Shown piece by piece: positions 12,839 to 27,690 of a DNA stretch of 64,000 bases (the first letter of the stretch is position 1; each line of letters starts with the position of its first letter). A model generated the notes under the pieces. That model was not told the DNA's origin, ran no database searches, and saw only the letters and a list, made by a program, of their open reading frames with translations. This DNA comes from Phyllosticta citribraziliensis (Eukaryota), in assembly GCF_038025025.1 (NCBI RefSeq), contig NW_027117353.1:248001-312000 (forward strand), in the 5' to 3' direction. The position numbers and the translations under genes were made by a program.

Positions 12839-15297
12839 ATGTCTGCCGCCCTCATCGGCATCAACGTGCTTGTCACGCTCAAGCAGCCTCCGAACGTCGT
12901 TGTGCAGGGCATAGTCGCCAATGTCGTCGAGCAGACAGCAACCCTGGTCTTGCAGAACGGTATGTACTTGACCACCTGGGCGCCTCTCTCAGCCCAACCT
13001 AATGGCTGACCCTGCATGCAGTGTACTTTCCGGCTTCCGGCCACCGCTTGGCTAGCTACACCATCGCAGGTGTCCACATTGCCGACATTTCTGTCCATCA
13101 ACCCTCGCTGCCGCCTCAAACCGCACCTCCGCCCTCTCTTCCTCCCAGCAATGCTCCCAGATTTCCACCCTCGATCCCGCCGTCTGCCCCTGCGCCTGTC
13201 CCTCAGTATTCCCGGCCGAGCGCAACACCTGTCGAGGTACCGGCACCGGCGCCGGCCTCGAAGCCGAAGCAGAGTTTTGTGGATCCGGCCATCCTGAGCG
13301 TGGGCAAGAAACCAGCGTCAGGTGCCTCTACGGCCCACGAAGTACCTTCGACTCCGATCAATCCTGTCGACGCAGGTCCCCCTCCATCTTTGCCCAGGAA
13401 TACTCCCCATTTTCCTCCGCCCGCGAAGAAGCCGTCGGTTAGCGCCAAGGCGACGAAGTCAAAGGAGGACCCGGCCACCCTGACGGCGCCGTTTGATGCC
13501 TTGGGACTCGAGAGCGGGAGCGATTCTGGAGATTTGACGACAAATGAGGGTCAGAAGCCAAGGGTCAGCATCGACAAGACGCGGACTGGGAAGCTAATGG
13601 AAACTCCACTCAAGGGTGATGAGGGTAGGAGGCGCAAACGCGGCGGGCGAGGAGGCAAGAAGCAGAGAGAAGATCAACTGTTTCCGCCGGCTCGCGAAGC
13701 TGCTGCTCCACAGTTGTCTCCTGAGACTCAACGGAAGACGCCAGCCCACTACAAGGGCAAGGGATGGAGGCAGACCCCCATGCTGCAAGACAACTCTGCT
13801 ACGCCCCAAACACCAGGCCTGATTGGTGGCAAAGTCGGCCGTGATGCCGTCAAAGCCTCCAACAAGAAGAGCAGGCGCCAAAAAGCGTTGGAGGCCACGA
13901 ACGGTTGGGCCACGGAGGATGCCACGGACGTCCAGGAGCTGCCCGAATTTGACTTTGCCGAGAACTTGTCCAAGTTCGACAAGCGCTCAGTCTTTGAACA
14001 AATCAGGAACGAAGACACAACGGCCGATGAAGAGCGGCTAGTGAGCTTCAACCGTCTCCAGCCTCGCGCTGGAACCGCTGGCGGCAAGAACCTCCATCCC
14101 ACGGAAAACGTACTGGATCAACGCCGGACTCGTCGACAGGACTCGTCCTCCAGCTCAAGTGAAGAGGAATTCTCCGACTTTGATAGCGGGCGCAATTCCC
14201 GTCGCAACAGGTCATTGGCGTCGACGAAGCGTGTGCCGTTTCGCTCAAACAGCGCGATCCAGGAAGACATCATAACCGCACACAAATCACTCCGATCCCA
14301 AGGACATCGCGGATCCAACGCCTACTCGTCAACGAATAGCCCCGTGCCCGGCCGTCCGACACCTCCCTCTTCACCTTCACTCTCCCTCTTCCCGCAATTT
14401 CATCCTGCAAAGCTACGTGTCACCTCGTCTGGCAAGAGCTGTGCGACAATCACCCCTGGCACAATGACAGCCTTGGAAGAGTTGGCCGAAGTCGAATATC
14501 TCATGACAGAAGAACAGCTGGCTGAAAATGCTGGTCGGGGCATCGCACAAGTTGCGCTCTCAGCAGTGAACCCAGGGGGCCGCCGCCTCGCCCGCGAAAA
14601 CCTCGCCATCAACGCCCGTCCCGTCGTTATTGTTCTTGCAGGCAACCACCGCACCGGTGCTCGCGCCATTGCTGCGGCCAGGCATCTCCACGCGCGTGGT
14701 CCTCGCGTCTTTGTGGCACTACTGGGCTGCGAGAGACCAGCCGACTATGAAAAGGACGTGCGGCGCCAAATCGACATCTTCAAACGCTTTGGCGGCTACG
14801 TGCGCAGCTGGAGCGACGTGCACCGCGTCCTCAGACGCCTGGAAGCACCGCCCGAGCTCATCGTCGACGCGCTGCTGGGCCGCAACAAGGAGTTTGACGC
14901 GCTTGGCCCGCAGGACAAGGAGACGGCGCTGGCGGTGGTGGGATGGGCCAACAAGAGCCGGGCCAGCGTGCTCTCGATCGAGGCGCCCTCGGGCATCAAC
15001 AACTCGACGGGCGAAGTGTCGATCCTCGAGGGCGAGCCGCTCGAGGTGCGCGCCAAGTACATCGTCTGCCTCGGGGCGCCGCGCACGGGGTTGCTGCGCG
15101 CGCTGCAGCTGGGCGACGGCCGCGACCCGGAGTGGCTCGTCTGGGTCGTCGACCTCGGCCTCAACAAGCCGTGGCGCCGTCTCGGCGGCCCGGGCAAGAA
15201 GGGCGTCAAGTTTGGCAGCGAGTGGGCTGTTGCTCTGCGGTTTGATACTGGCGAGGACGTGGTCGAGGAGGAGGCTGAGGTCGTTGGCGCGAGGTGA
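12839..15297 (+). CDS. EDC3: Enhancer of mRNA decapping Edc3 (DFDF/FDF motifs + YjeF_N)
   Basis: EFDFAENLSKFDKRSVFEQIR, RLVSFNR and NLHPTENVL, then YjeF_N (ENAGRGIA, LAGNHRTGARA, ELIVDALLG). Intron 12960-13021. Confidence 0.9.
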
Positions 15298-15960
15298 GCC
15301 GTTGCGGCTGTACTTCAATGCGACGACGGCCATGGCGGCATGGAATTGGATCATTCGGAGTAAAAGGCGTCGTGGGCATTGGATTTGGTTACGGACGGGT
15401 GGCGTTCTTTGGACTGGATGGACGGTGGATTATAAAAAGGCGACATGGCTGTTATGCGGATATGATGATGGTGGTGGATACAATCGATCGATCAATCAAT
15501 ACTACTTCAACCTCATTACAAACTATACCGCCGGCTATCCTCTCGCCTCTTCGTTCCGGCAAAATGTTGCTTGCTCTATCTTTCTGAGAGCTAGACTGCT
15601 TCATAGGTGATCCCTGAGGTCGCGTTGTATGCCGCCGCCAAATAACAACGTCTGGTTTTCCCTCTTACTTTGCTTTTTCGGCCGGCCGGGCTTCGAAAAT
15701 CGTCTGCCACTACTTCTGCATCCTTCTCACGGCGTCCCCTCGCTGACCGATGGCCGCGCCTTCCTTCTCCCAAAAATCGCGTCAAGCACGCATGGCAGCC
15801 ACCCACCACCGCACAGACGCACCCACCCACGCGAACGCGCACACGCACGGACCATCTACCTACGCAATCCGGCTCCGCTCGGCACACGGCCATGCAAAAA
15901 ACTTCACCACCACCTCACGCTTCCACCACCGCAACAAAAGAGCACAAAACAAAAAGATGT

Positions 15961-16095
15961 TGATGAGGACGAGACTCGAACTCGCGCGGATTGCTCCACC
16001 AGGAAACAATGAGAATCACTTGAATGATTCGCGCTGTTGCAATTGCTAAGATTGAGACCTTAACCTGGCGCCATAACCAACTCGGCCACCTCACC
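15961..16095 (-). tRNA. tRNA-Leu(AAG) with 53-nt intron
   Basis: Minus strand GGTGAGGTGGCCGAGTTGGTTATGGCG-CCAGG-TTAAGG-[intron 16057-16005]-T-CCTGG-TGGAGCAATCCGC-GCGAGTTCGAGTCTCGT-CCTCATCA. Acceptor, anticodon and T stems pair; long variable arm; anticodon at 16061-16059; TTTT Pol III terminator just downstream. Confidence 0.93.
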
Positions 16096-17196
16096 TGTTG
16101 ATGGAAAAGAGAGAGACGGAATAGGTTTATAATTGTTAATTTTTGCAAGGGAGAGTGAGGGGTGGTGGAGCCTGTTCGCATGTGGCAAGGGGGGAGCACT
16201 AGGATTGTGTCGACGCTTTAGTCTCTTCTCCTCTCCTGTCTTTTTCTTTTTTTTCTGGGAGGCTCCTCTACGCCCTCTCGTGTTCTGTCTACTTGCTTCT
16301 TGGCTTCTTTTGCAGTCTACTCCACTAAATTAGACCACGGCCTCCATGCGCTCATTAAGTAGCTGCCGGGGGGTTTTTTTTTTTTTTTTTAGACTTCTTT
16401 GGTCGGCCTAGCTATGCACCCTTTTTGAAATGTGTAGAACTCTGAGAGAACAGCGTTCTTTCCCAGTGCCTTTATTTTACTTTATTTGCTTTCCTCCCCC
16501 GAGGGGGAATAGGCGCCGCGGCAAACTTGAATCCTGTATCCGTGATGACCCTGGCTACACCGGTAGGTCTAAATGTAATAAGGGTCTGGCATGCAGCCTG
16601 GCCCACTACAACCCCTTCTCCGCTGAAGAGTTGAAGAGAGTCATGCACCAAGTTACTCACACGTGCCTATTTCAAGTTTGGTAGGGATGATGCCCTAGGA
16701 GACAAGTGGATATAGCAAGCTTTGCACTATGAGCAGAACAGAGAGTGAAATTTGTGGCTTGGGACAATACAGAAACAGACAATGGGCAGAGGCACGATTA
16801 GTAACGAGCGTATCGGTGAGTTATTATCTAATAAGACAACCCAAGAAAGGAAGCGGAGAAGCCCAAGGCCAGTCAACTTTACGATTACATGGTTCAAGTC
16901 ATACACCACAGCAGCGGCAAACCCACATTAAAGAGTGTATCAGTGAGTAATTATGAGAGAGCATTACGACTACATCATTACAGGGGAGGGGACGGAAGAC
17001 AAAAGGGAAAGGAGGGACGCGAGCACCACGACCACCACACACCACGATGAGGGCGAAGAGAAGAGTACAAGGAAAAACTTCGTTCTGTGTGCACAGCACA
17101 CACAACTATTCTACCCCAGCCAACAAAAGTTTTCCGCTGCCACTGCTTGCTGCTGCTGCTCCCACAATTACTCGACCGCGAGGGGGGATGAGCTTC

Positions 17197-18164
17197 TTAC
17201 TGCTCCTTGGCGAGGGTGCCGCGGGCCATGTGGCGCTTGCGGAGGTTGTACTCGATGGCGCGCTTCTTGGCGGCAGCGGGCTGGATGAAGGCGGCGGAGC
17301 CACCGAAGGGACCTGGAGATGTTGTTAGGACGGGCAAGATGGTAGTAGGGTCATGTAGGCTTACCAGCAGCGGCACTGTTCCTGACGCGGACAATGCAGA
17401 CATTCTCGGCACCACCGGCCTTGCCCTGGCACTGCATGCCCTCGGGCATCTGGACCTTGACGGGGAAGTCCATCACGGCCGCGCCGGAGAGACCGCCGAT
17501 GCCAATGCCCGGGACATCCTGGGTGACCTTGGCCTCCTTGAAGGCAGCGTTGTCGGTACCGCCCGAAGTCGGGTCGACCTCAGCCTTCAAGGGGCCGGCG
17601 CCGTCCTGGTTGACCTGGTGGTAGGTCAGGGTGATCTCGCCCGTGTCGGAGCAGGTGGGCATGCCAGAGGCAGCGCCCTTGCCGGCGGCGGCCTTGACGC
17701 CCGTCTCGGACGTGCCCTTAGGGGTCTTTGCGCCCTGAGCATCGGCTCCGCCGCCGTTGCCTCCGCCGCCGAGGATGCCGTCGAGGAGACCGCGCTTCTT
17801 GTTGGCGGGCTTGGCCGCCGCGCCGCCGGGGCCGTTCATGAACATCTCAATGTCCTTGGAGGCGTCGACCTTGCCGCCCTTGTTGGTGCGGCCAAGTGCG
17901 CTGGCCTTGGTGCCGCCCGAGATCTCCCTGTCACGGATGATGGAGGTATCGCCCTCGGATCCGCAGGCCGGGCTGGCACAGTCGCGGGGAGTACCGTCCA
18001 TGACTGGAGCGAGAAGATTAGAGAAGAATTGTCATGGTGGGGAGCACAAACGTACCGCCGAGACCAGGCATCTCTACACCATTGGCGCCCGTGATCTTGG
18101 TGACGAGGCCATGGGCGGAAACGGACGCAGCCAAGGCTGCCACGACGACAGTGGAGTAGTGCAT
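17197..18164 (-). CDS. Secreted gEgh16/GAS1/CAS1-like (DUF3129) protein (3 exons)
   Basis: Signal peptide MHYSTVVVAALAASVSA|HG, then DGTPRDC, YHQVNQDGAGP, CIVRVRNSAAAG|PFGG. Introns about 18055-18004 and 17364-17312. Confidence 0.88.
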
Positions 18165-20360
18165 TTTGTTTGGGGTATTAAGGGATTGAAGACGAAGGGC
18201 GACCGGCGCAAGAACTGAAAAACTCTGGACTCAAGGACTGAATGTGGAAGTGGTGCTGATGGAGCACTCAAGGCCGTGGAGTGCATCGGCTCTTATACCT
18301 GCCAGTACGCTTTCCCATTCTGCTTGTGAAGGCTCCACTGGAAGCTTAGCAAGTTAGTGTATCACAATTCACGATTTGGAAACCACCAGTCATGGGTCGC
18401 ATCGCATTCGCAGCGATGAACGAGGGGGCGGCGTGTGCCAGAAAGGAGCGGGTGAGACTGTGTCTTCAGGGCGTGACACTCGATGGGGATTGGGACAAGG
18501 CTGAGGCACAACGAGGGCTCCGGAGATCGGCCTGCAAAGGGACAAGGTGAAGCGAAGGTGCGGGCTCAGGCAGATTTGGTGTTGGTGTCCAGACGAATTT
18601 CTCTCCAGGCACCGTTTGGACAAGTCTGGCGCAGCCAATGGCAGCCGTCAGACGCTCCAACTGTCCGAGGTCGTTCAATGTCGCGCTTGGTTTGAAGCGC
18701 TCTCGGGTGGCAGGCAGAAAGGATTGCTTGCATAAAATGTTGGGGGACTCGAGGTCTCAGATTGCAAACACCAAGAAGGAACATGCAGACGGACGGGCTC
18801 TGACGTAGTGACAGTAGTGGGCGAATTTGGACGCCTCTTGGTTGGATTGATACGTGTACCTTTGAGCAGAGCTTGGTGGAGGAATATCAAGCGCGATACT
18901 TTTAACCAGCCATTTCGAGGCGGCACAGGGCGAGCAAGTGTCGCTCAGGTTGCCCGAAAGAGGACCTTCTCTTACCAAAACAGGATTCGTGAGAAGTGGC
19001 GAATGAAATGGGAGACAAGTGCGTGTTTGGAGTTGCGAAAAGTCGTCGTCTGACACACGGCGTGAACAGCGTCTCGCGGGCCGAAGGCGATGGAGCTTCC
19101 TTGTGAACGGCGACTCGACGAGCCTAACGTCCGGTGTAGTCTTGACATGATTGACTGCGATGAAACGCGGAACGGGCGTGGGCCGAGTGGTGCTGGACTG
19201 GAGTGGCAGAGAAGAGGAGGTGAGGTGAGGTTGAAGGAAGCGCCAAGATGGTGCGACGGATACGACCGCACACGTGCAGACCAAACCTTGCCGTCACCAC
19301 CGTCTTCGACCCTCCTGTTGATTTTCAATCACCATCAATGCCACCACCCGCTCCACCAGCCCTCTCGCCCCCGTCTCCTGCACCTGCTGTCCTCCCTCGA
19401 CTACAGATCAGACGGCGTTCCCGCTCTTTCGACGAGACGACTGCTCTCCGCCGCAGACGATCCGTCAGCTCAAGCCACTCGACGCTGTGTCCATCCAGCG
19501 CCGACTTCACGGACCATGTCGATTGATCCGCCGAGACAATTTGCCATGTCCGTCTCTCATCTTACTGGCTCGTCGCTGGTCGAGCTCAGCCTTTGCCCTT
19601 CAAGTACCGAGGATGTTGGACGTCGTCCAGTCGGAAAATAAATATGCCAGCTGCAGCCGTCCATTCTCACTCGGTCTCGCCGGGCCTTTCTCGCTTGGAT
19701 GCTTCCCGATGTCGTTAGCCATTGCCGTCAGGAAACAGGGGCCGTAAAGCCAGCCGTCAACCGCAGTCAAACAGCACTCAGCAGCCCTCGTCGAGATGTG
19801 ATCGCTTCGCCTTCTCCACAAAAGGCCATGTCGGTCCTGAGGCTCTGCGGAACCTTTTCCCCAAAATTCGACCCCGAGATAGACTTTCTTTGCTTTGACC
19901 CCAACTTACAAGATGCCTCGGCTCGCATTATTGCATGACGCCATCCCCGCAAACCGACCGGCCGTACGCTCGTCGTACAAGCGCCCGTGTGCGCAACTGT
20001 CGGTCTACACCGCCGGACGCAGATACATGCACTGTAGAGGGCCAGAACAGAAATTACATGTCGTACTTGCAAGGTAGTGCTCAAATCCTGGCGTCTGCCG
20101 CTTTTGTTTCGTTTCAACATGTCTTTTCGCCCATCTTCATTCAGGCCCCTCCTCTCAAGATACCACGCCTTAAAACTCTGCTTCGGCCCGCATACCATTT
20201 TCGAGTCCCCTTCCGTATTCCCCTCGTCCACCTTTACCCGGCTTGAATTGAGAGCGATTGGCCGATAGATCCCTTGTTTTCTTGGCATCTTGTATCAAGA
20301 CGGATTTCCGGAGCTCTCAACATCCGCACACTCAACGACTCGATTCTCCACGCCCTCAGA

Positions 20361-22161
20361 ATGCCCCTGAAGTCACACTACCACTGTGATATTCCCCTGG
20401 TGGACTTGCCAACCCACGTCTTTGGCGGGCCGTCATCACCCCTCCCAAAGAACAAGAGCTTCATTGATGCCGAACGCCCCGAAAGATACTACCTCAGCTA
20501 TGAAGACTTTCGATTATGGTCAAAACGTGTTGCCCTCGGGTTCCAGCGCGCGGGCCTCAAGCAAGGTGACCGTGTTCTCCTCTACTCGGGCAACAGCATC
20601 TTCTTCCCCGTCGTCATGATGGGCGTCATCATGGCCGGGGGAGTTTTTACGGGAGCCAATCCGTCATACGTTGCGCGAGAGCTTGCATACCAGCTTCAAG
20701 ATTCGGGTGCGCGGTTCTTGATATGCGCCGAAGGAAGCCTGCCAACCGGACTCGAGGCGGCCAAGAGCGTTGGAATGGACAAGAGCAACATTTTCGTCTT
20801 TGATGCTGGCTACGATACGTTTGACGAGGTCGGCAAATCTGTCGACGGCATTAGGCATTGGTCTCATTTCATCGCGTCTGCAAAAGAGGGGGCATCGTTT
20901 GTATGGGAGAAGCTCACCACCCCAGAAGAACTCAACCGCACCGTGGCCCTAAACTACAGCTCCGGCACGACTGGCGTACCAAAAGGCGTCATGATCACCC
21001 ACCACAACTTTGTGGCCCACACAGAGGAAGTGCTGTATCTGACGTCGCTCCACCCGGACCATGAGGCCATGAAATCGCGGAGCGCCTGGATATGCTTCGT
21101 GCCCATGTACCACGCCATGGGACAGGCCCTCTTCGCCATCTCGGGGCCCACGCGCCAGATTCCCATCTACATCATGCAAAAGTTTGACTTTCTCAAGTTC
21201 CTGGAGTACATTCAACGCTACCGCATCACGGATTTGGGGCTGGTGCCGCCCGTCGTGCTGCTCATGGCCAAGCACCCGGCGACACGCAAGTTCGACTTGA
21301 GCAGCGTGGAGAGAGTCGCCTCGGGCGCGGCGCCCCTGGGAAGAGAAGTCTCCATCGCCTTTGAGAATCTGTTCCCCAACGGCAAAGTCAACGTCAAGCA
21401 AGGCTGGGGAATGACCGAGTGCGTCCTCGAAACCCCCCTTTTCGCGAATTCACCATGCTAACGCGCCGCAGGACTACGTGCACGGTCAGCGCCTTCCATC
21501 CCCTCGCACGCAGCGATTCGGCGTCAATCGGCCAGCTCATGCCCAACTGCGAAGCCAAGATTGTCGACGAAGCCGGCAACGAGGTGGCGCAGGGCGAGCG
21601 CGGCGAGATCTGGGTGCACGCGCCGCAGGTCATGAAGGGCTACTGGAACAAGCCCGAAGCCACGGCCGAGACGCTGACGGCCGACGGCTGGCTCAAGACG
21701 GGCGACATTGCCTACGCCGACGCCGACGGCTACCTGTTCATCGTGGACCGCAAAAAGGTTTGTCACTACTTAACGTCGCTGAGTGCGACCCACCAACAGA
21801 CACACCATGCTGACATTGCGGGCTTCAGGAACTCATCAAAGTCAAGGGAAACCAAGTCGCCCCGGCCGAACTGGAGGCGCTCCTCCTCGACCACCCGGCC
21901 ATCGCCGACGTGGCCGTCATCGGCGTGCCGGCGCCGGACAACGAGCTGGAAGAGCAGCCGCGCGCGTACGTCGTGCGCAGCCCCGGCACCAACGCGTCCG
22001 CGGACGACGTGGCGCAGTTCATCGCGCAGCGCGTGGCGCGGCATAAGCGCCTGACGGGCGGCGTGCGCTTCGTCGAGGCCATTCCGAAGAACCCGAGCGG
22101 CAAGATTCTGCGCAAGGAGCTCAAGGACTTGGTCAAGAGGAAGCGCATGGCTAAGTTGTAG
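20361..22161 (+). CDS. 4-coumarate-CoA ligase-like AMP-dependent acyl-CoA synthetase with PTS1 (-AKL)
   Basis: YSSGTTGVPKGV, QGWGMTE, GWLKTGD, DRKK|ELIKVKGNQVAPAELE and PKNPSGKILRK. Introns 21419-21471 and 21758-21828. C-terminal AKL. Confidence 0.92.
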
Positions 22162-23400
22162 GCCTGTTGTCTGACTGACTGACTAACTGTCGTCTGTCTT
22201 TCAAGCAGCCAACCAGGCGGACATTGACGGCCATGATCCTGCGATTTCCACATCGTCGTCCCACTTTCAACTTCCTTCCCTTGTACAGCACACAGCATAG
22301 CATGCTCTGCATGTACATCTACTCCCCCCGGCTGAGTGCATCAGTCAGCCAGTCCTGTATCTCTCTCTCCCCCTTCCCTTCCTTTCCCTTCCTCTCTCGT
22401 CCAGCGCACCTGTATCCATCCTTCCATTTATCCACACGTGTCTAAACCTGTAACATACACATGTCTCTGTACCTACCGCGTCATCCCCAAGCACCGTAAT
22501 CCACCTACCCACCTACCTACGTGCACCTGCTCGATAGATACCTAGATAGACTATTATACCACAAACACAGACATACACACGCACAAGAAGTCTCCTCGCT
22601 CACCGTCACTACAAAGCAAGAAAGCGGAGGCGGGAGAAGCAGGAGTGTCCTCAGTTAGTCAGTCACTTACTCGTCTGCATGTATTATACGCTCAAACGAC
22701 CAAACATAACGTCTTCAGCAAAGTTTTATAAAGCACCATGAATACCATGTATCGGGGAGACTAGAAGGTTTGGCGAGGAGGGTAGTAGTTCTACTGCTAC
22801 TATTACACTATTACACTACTACTGCTGGACCACACAAAACTACTACTATGTAAACTAACTATGCTACCACACAACCAAGCGAATACTTCAATCGCCGGCC
22901 ACCAATGATTCCTCAAAAGCGTGACAGAAAATGCAGCGCTTCTTTCCGTTCCGATTCTCATGGCTTTCTGTCAGTCTGGTCATCTACGCTCAAAGATCAA
23001 GCGCCCATCTGTCTGTTGGTCTCTGTTTCGTGCCGCGTCCGAAAAAAAAAAAGAGAAACAGAGAAGGGGGGAAAGAGGGAGAGTTTCTTTTCGTCCATCC
23101 CATTCCATTCCACTTATCCATGCCTCAAAACCCCTGCTGGCTGTACCCACCGAAGGCTCCAAACAACGACGTCATGACGGTGATGATGATGCTGGCTATT
23201 ATGACAATGGCAAATTAAAGCCCTACCCTGCGTTGCCCTGCTCTCCACACCACGACGTCCCACCCTCCGTCCGTCCGGTCAGTCTCACCACCGCACGCTA
23301 CAACTTACAAAAGCAACGCACCCGACCGACCGCCCAACCAAAACCCCCCAACCCAGTAACCTACCTCCCCTCCCACCTCCCCACCTTCCCGCCCACCCCA

Positions 23401-26400
23401 TTACCGCCTAAAATTCCCCGCCATCAGACTCTGCTTAACAATCATCTCAGCCGCCGCCGCCGCCGCCAGCCGCTCCTTCTGCCGGCTGCGATCGCGCAGG
23501 TACCGCTCGGCCTCGGGCCGCATGCGCAGGATGCGCAGAATCATGTCGTCGCTGGGCTCGGCCTGCGCCTCCTTGCGCTTCTCCTCCTTGGCCTTCTTCA
23601 TCGTGCCCAGGTTGCGCGACAGCATGATGGTCTTTGCGCGCCGCGTCGGCATGCCCGTGAGCCCCACCGCGCCGCCGAAGCTGTGGCCGGTTGGTCCGTT
23701 TCCGGCGCCTGCCGCGTTTTGCTGCCGTTGTTCTTTTTCTTTTTGCCGCTGCAGCGTGATGGCGGCCATGTTTTCTGATGTGCGGATCAGCGTCTCGGTC
23801 GGCTCGAAGTAGAAGAAGTTGAGCGTCTGCAGGTCGTGGTATTTGGGCGACTTGAGCACGTCGTTGGGCACGCCCGACGGGATGCCCGTTTCGTCGTCGA
23901 CAGCGTGGAAGAAGTCGAAGAGTAGCTTCAGCCACTTGAAGACAATGTCCAGCTCTTGTTGTGTGAGGGGTCGCTGGTGCGATGGCTTGTCGCTGAGCGG
24001 CGGCACGAGCAGTGATTCGATTGTTGCAAGCACTTCTTTCCACACGCGCGACATGACCATGACCATGGCGCTGTCAGTGAGAGTCTCCTTCATCAAGGCG
24101 AAGTTGTCGTTGAAGTAGTTGAAGAGCGGCTTCAGAGCATTCGCCACATCGTCCTGGCTGGGACCAGTCGATACTGATTGTGGTCTGGCACGGAAATACG
24201 AGGCGACCGACGATGCTGTCAGGCCACGGGTGAGGAGGGCTTTGAGTGCACGGCGAGACAGACAGTGATGGATGTAGGCCGAGAGCTGGTCTGGTCAGCA
24301 CATTACTACAACAGCGATAGACTCAACTTACCTTGTCCGTAATCTTGCGCGTCATGTCGCGCTCGGTCCTCTTTAGTATTCGGAAAGCCTTGCCAAAGTA
24401 GAATTGAATGTCGTCGCGCTCTCCTTCCATGCTGACCCTAAGCAGCAGCCGACCTTGAGTATCAAGATCAAGCCAGTACTCCCGGGGCATAAAGTCACGG
24501 AAGTGAGATGGGTCGAGCTTGAGCGAGGTACGACCGACGCAGTCGTGGTCACCCAGCGTGTCGTAGTCCCAGATGGTGGCGATGATGTTGAGCGGGCCAG
24601 AGGTAGTAATGTCAACAGTCTCTTCCCATCTTGGATTGAGATTGCTAAAGACGACGCGGGTTTTGGCAAGCCGCTTTTGGTACTCGTCGCCCAAGACAAC
24701 GTACGGGTCGCTGAGGCCGTTCATGTCGCAAGCCTTGAGGTCCTCGGCTTCGATGATTTTGATGGTGAACACGTACTTGTTCATCCTTGGCTGTTTTTGC
24801 GTCGGCGGCGTGTTTCGCTGGATGACCTCTGCACATGCGTCGACGTTGATTTCTCGCTCCAGTTTGTCGAGCATTTGGGTGGCGTACTCGACATTGTTCA
24901 ATTTTACCAAACTCTGCCAAGCGTCAGTGGAGTAGCGAGGGAAGAACGGTGCGGATTACCTCGCTCAAGAACTGGTATGGTTCAATTGATTCCTTGTTTG
25001 CCCAAGTGTCCTTTGCCATTTGGAGCCACTTTTCTTGCCTCGTCTGTTTCTGAGCAGCTTCCTGCTCGGGCGTCAGACGCTCCATTTCCCTGCTGAACAT
25101 GCCTTCAATGAGTTCGCAGTATCGTCCCAGAGCATCGCCAACCGCCTTGGAGACTGAGGTCATGAACTTGGCATATTGAAAGTCGTCATCCCAGTTTAGA
25201 TTGACAATCTGCTCAATGGCTTGGTTGAAGGAGCGGAAAATGTCGACGACGGACACACTGTGGCGCTCCTCGTCGGTTGGAATGTTGCCTGGATGGTCGA
25301 CGCGAACCTGAAAGTCATCCTGCTTGACGGCCCCTTCGACCCAATTCTTCAGATTTGCATTGGTCATTTCAATCCAACGCCAGACAAATTCTTGCAGGTT
25401 ATCTTCAATGTGGAACTCAAAAGGTAAACTTGGCCAGTCAGCTTTGACGTCTGTTGGAATTCACGACACTTACTCGGGTAGTGCTTGCGCGTGGATGCCG
25501 CGAATCTCGACAAGCTCCTTGTACAAATCAAATCCGTCTTGGATGGGAACCTCCTCGCCCTTTTGGTGGGCCACATCCATGATTCGAGTCACCAAGTCTC
25601 TTGCATCCGCGGCATAAGAAGGAAAGACTTCTTGGACAAGGACGTTGAGCGGATTGACGCTAGGACGGGTTAGCCAAGTCTTGCAACGTGTGGAAATGCT
25701 CCTACCCCATGATTTCGGGATTCTTGCGGTATCGCTTTTGAATCTTTTCGCAGAGCTTAATCACTGCCTTGCCAAGCTCAATGACATGGAAAAACTCCCA
25801 CTCTTCTTTGCTGTCCGGAATGTTCTTGGAGAGAATGTCGCCGTAGACCTCTGCAGCCCGTTTTCGGAGCGCCTCTTGAAGCCTCTCCGTGTACTCGTCA
25901 AGGTCTTCGGGCGTTTTTGAAAAGAGCGGGTCGTCGTAAACGTGATTCTCGAGAATGTACATGACCGGACCGAGTGGAGGGGGTTTGTTGTCGTAGCACT
26001 GAAGCATTAGTTGGAAAAGTTCGCGCAGCAATTCGTCGTGCAGAGCCGAAAGAATTTGCTGCTTGAGGGTAAAGTCGTGAATCGTCCACTTGGTATGATC
26101 AAACAGAGCCGACTGCATCAACATGATGCTCGATCTGTTACCCTTTTTATTATTCTCGACAGGAGGCTGTTTGATAAAGGCAAATGCCTCGTCGAGGGTA
26201 TCGAGGTTGATTTCCTGCTGCTGGTACTTTTCTTTGATTACGTCGAGGAAGAGGACAAGTCGAGAGAATTGTGGGACGCGCCAGCGCAGACCAATCTCAC
26301 TCAGCAGCTCTGTAGAGTCTTTGGACAAGAGCTTGATAGACTGGACCTCGGATCCAGGCGTCGAGGGCTCCAGATCCCCGTCTTGCATGTCGTACGTGAG

Positions 26401-27690
26401 CGCCTGCTTCACAACAGCGCGGTAAAATGCTCGAGGCTCGGGTGGAATATAGGTATAAGGGGAAGTGCCATTGTCAGCGGGTTCGGGACCATCGTTGAGA
26501 TTGAGTGCACTGAGATCGACGGGCTGGTCAATGACGTACGAGCCATCCGAGGCCTCGGACATTTTTCTTGAAATTTCAGAGTAGCCCGAGTCGGAGCTTG
26601 TTCCACGTTCCGATTTGAATTGAGGCAGGCCAGCGCCCGACGTGCTCTTGGCAAGTTCGGGGTTGGACTGGATAATGGCCAACATCATCTGCGACAGGTC
26701 CGTCACCTCGTGCTTTTTCCAGGACTCGTAAGCATCATCCGTGTCAAAGTCATCGGGACTGAGGGTTTGCCTGGTGTTGAGGCTGAGGTTGGTCTGGTAG
26801 GTCTTGAGGTCTTGGAGGGCGGCCTTTTCCGTCCAGACGTCTCTCTTGGCATTTACGTCCTGTTGAATCTGGTCATAGGGAACGTTGAAGATGCGTGACA
26901 CGACGAGAACCAATGGCATGTCCTTTACTTCATAACTGCGAGGCACTTCGACTTCAATCGACTGGCTGCCTCCGCCGCCATTGCGCTGGGAGGCGGCGGC
27001 CAAGTCTTGGTCGTGCATCAACAACTTCTTTTCCATGGTGTTGAGACGCGACATGAGCTCCGGCCTGTCGCGGGTCCAGTCGTGGCTTTTCAGAGTGGAG
27101 CTGATCAGGCGGATGAAGAGGGCAACGTGGCGGTCGACCATCAACCTCCAAGAATCGTCATCTGGAGCCTTGCCCCTTTGCAGCACCTTGGTGGCATTGG
27201 AGAAGAAGATGAGCAGGAGATCCTCGACGCGCCTATTCTCTTCCATAGTCTTTCTGAACTTTGGGTCCTTGAACTCGTTGAGGAAGGCAGCAAAGGTGGA
27301 CTTGATGCCGGCGTCACTGAATTCGGGCATCTTCTCCTTGCCAATCAGCACGCCCGTCAGGCGCTTGTCGAGCTCCTTCATGAAGCCATGGGGAAACTTT
27401 GTGCTCTTGCTATCCCGTATCAGGGCAAAGTCCTTGACCAAGTCTGTCACGGAGGTGGAGGAACGGTGGATCTGCTTCGGGGCAGCGACATGTTGTATGC
27501 GACGGGCACGAGGCTGGAGGAGGTATGAGAGGTAGGCTACACGGAGGGCATAGGAGTAGGCGTCTTGGGGGGCGACGACACGACGGCGCGAGTATGAAGA
27601 GCTCCGGCGGTTGGAGTGGTCTTGTTGCTGCAGGCTGTTTACGCGCCAGCGGCTGCTGCTCATGGAGCGGTTGTGGGACGAGGTCGACAT
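23401..27690 (-). CDS. Munc13-homology (MUN/MHD) + C2 domain protein, Ync13/Git1-like (5 exons)
   Basis: ORFs 27690-25702, 25367-24924, 24910-24323 (C2: IKIIEAEDLKACDMNGLSDPYV..NLNPRWEE..IWDYD) and 24147-23401 (MHD2-like) join through four short GT-AG introns near 25705, 25472, 24959 and 24331. Confidence 0.85.
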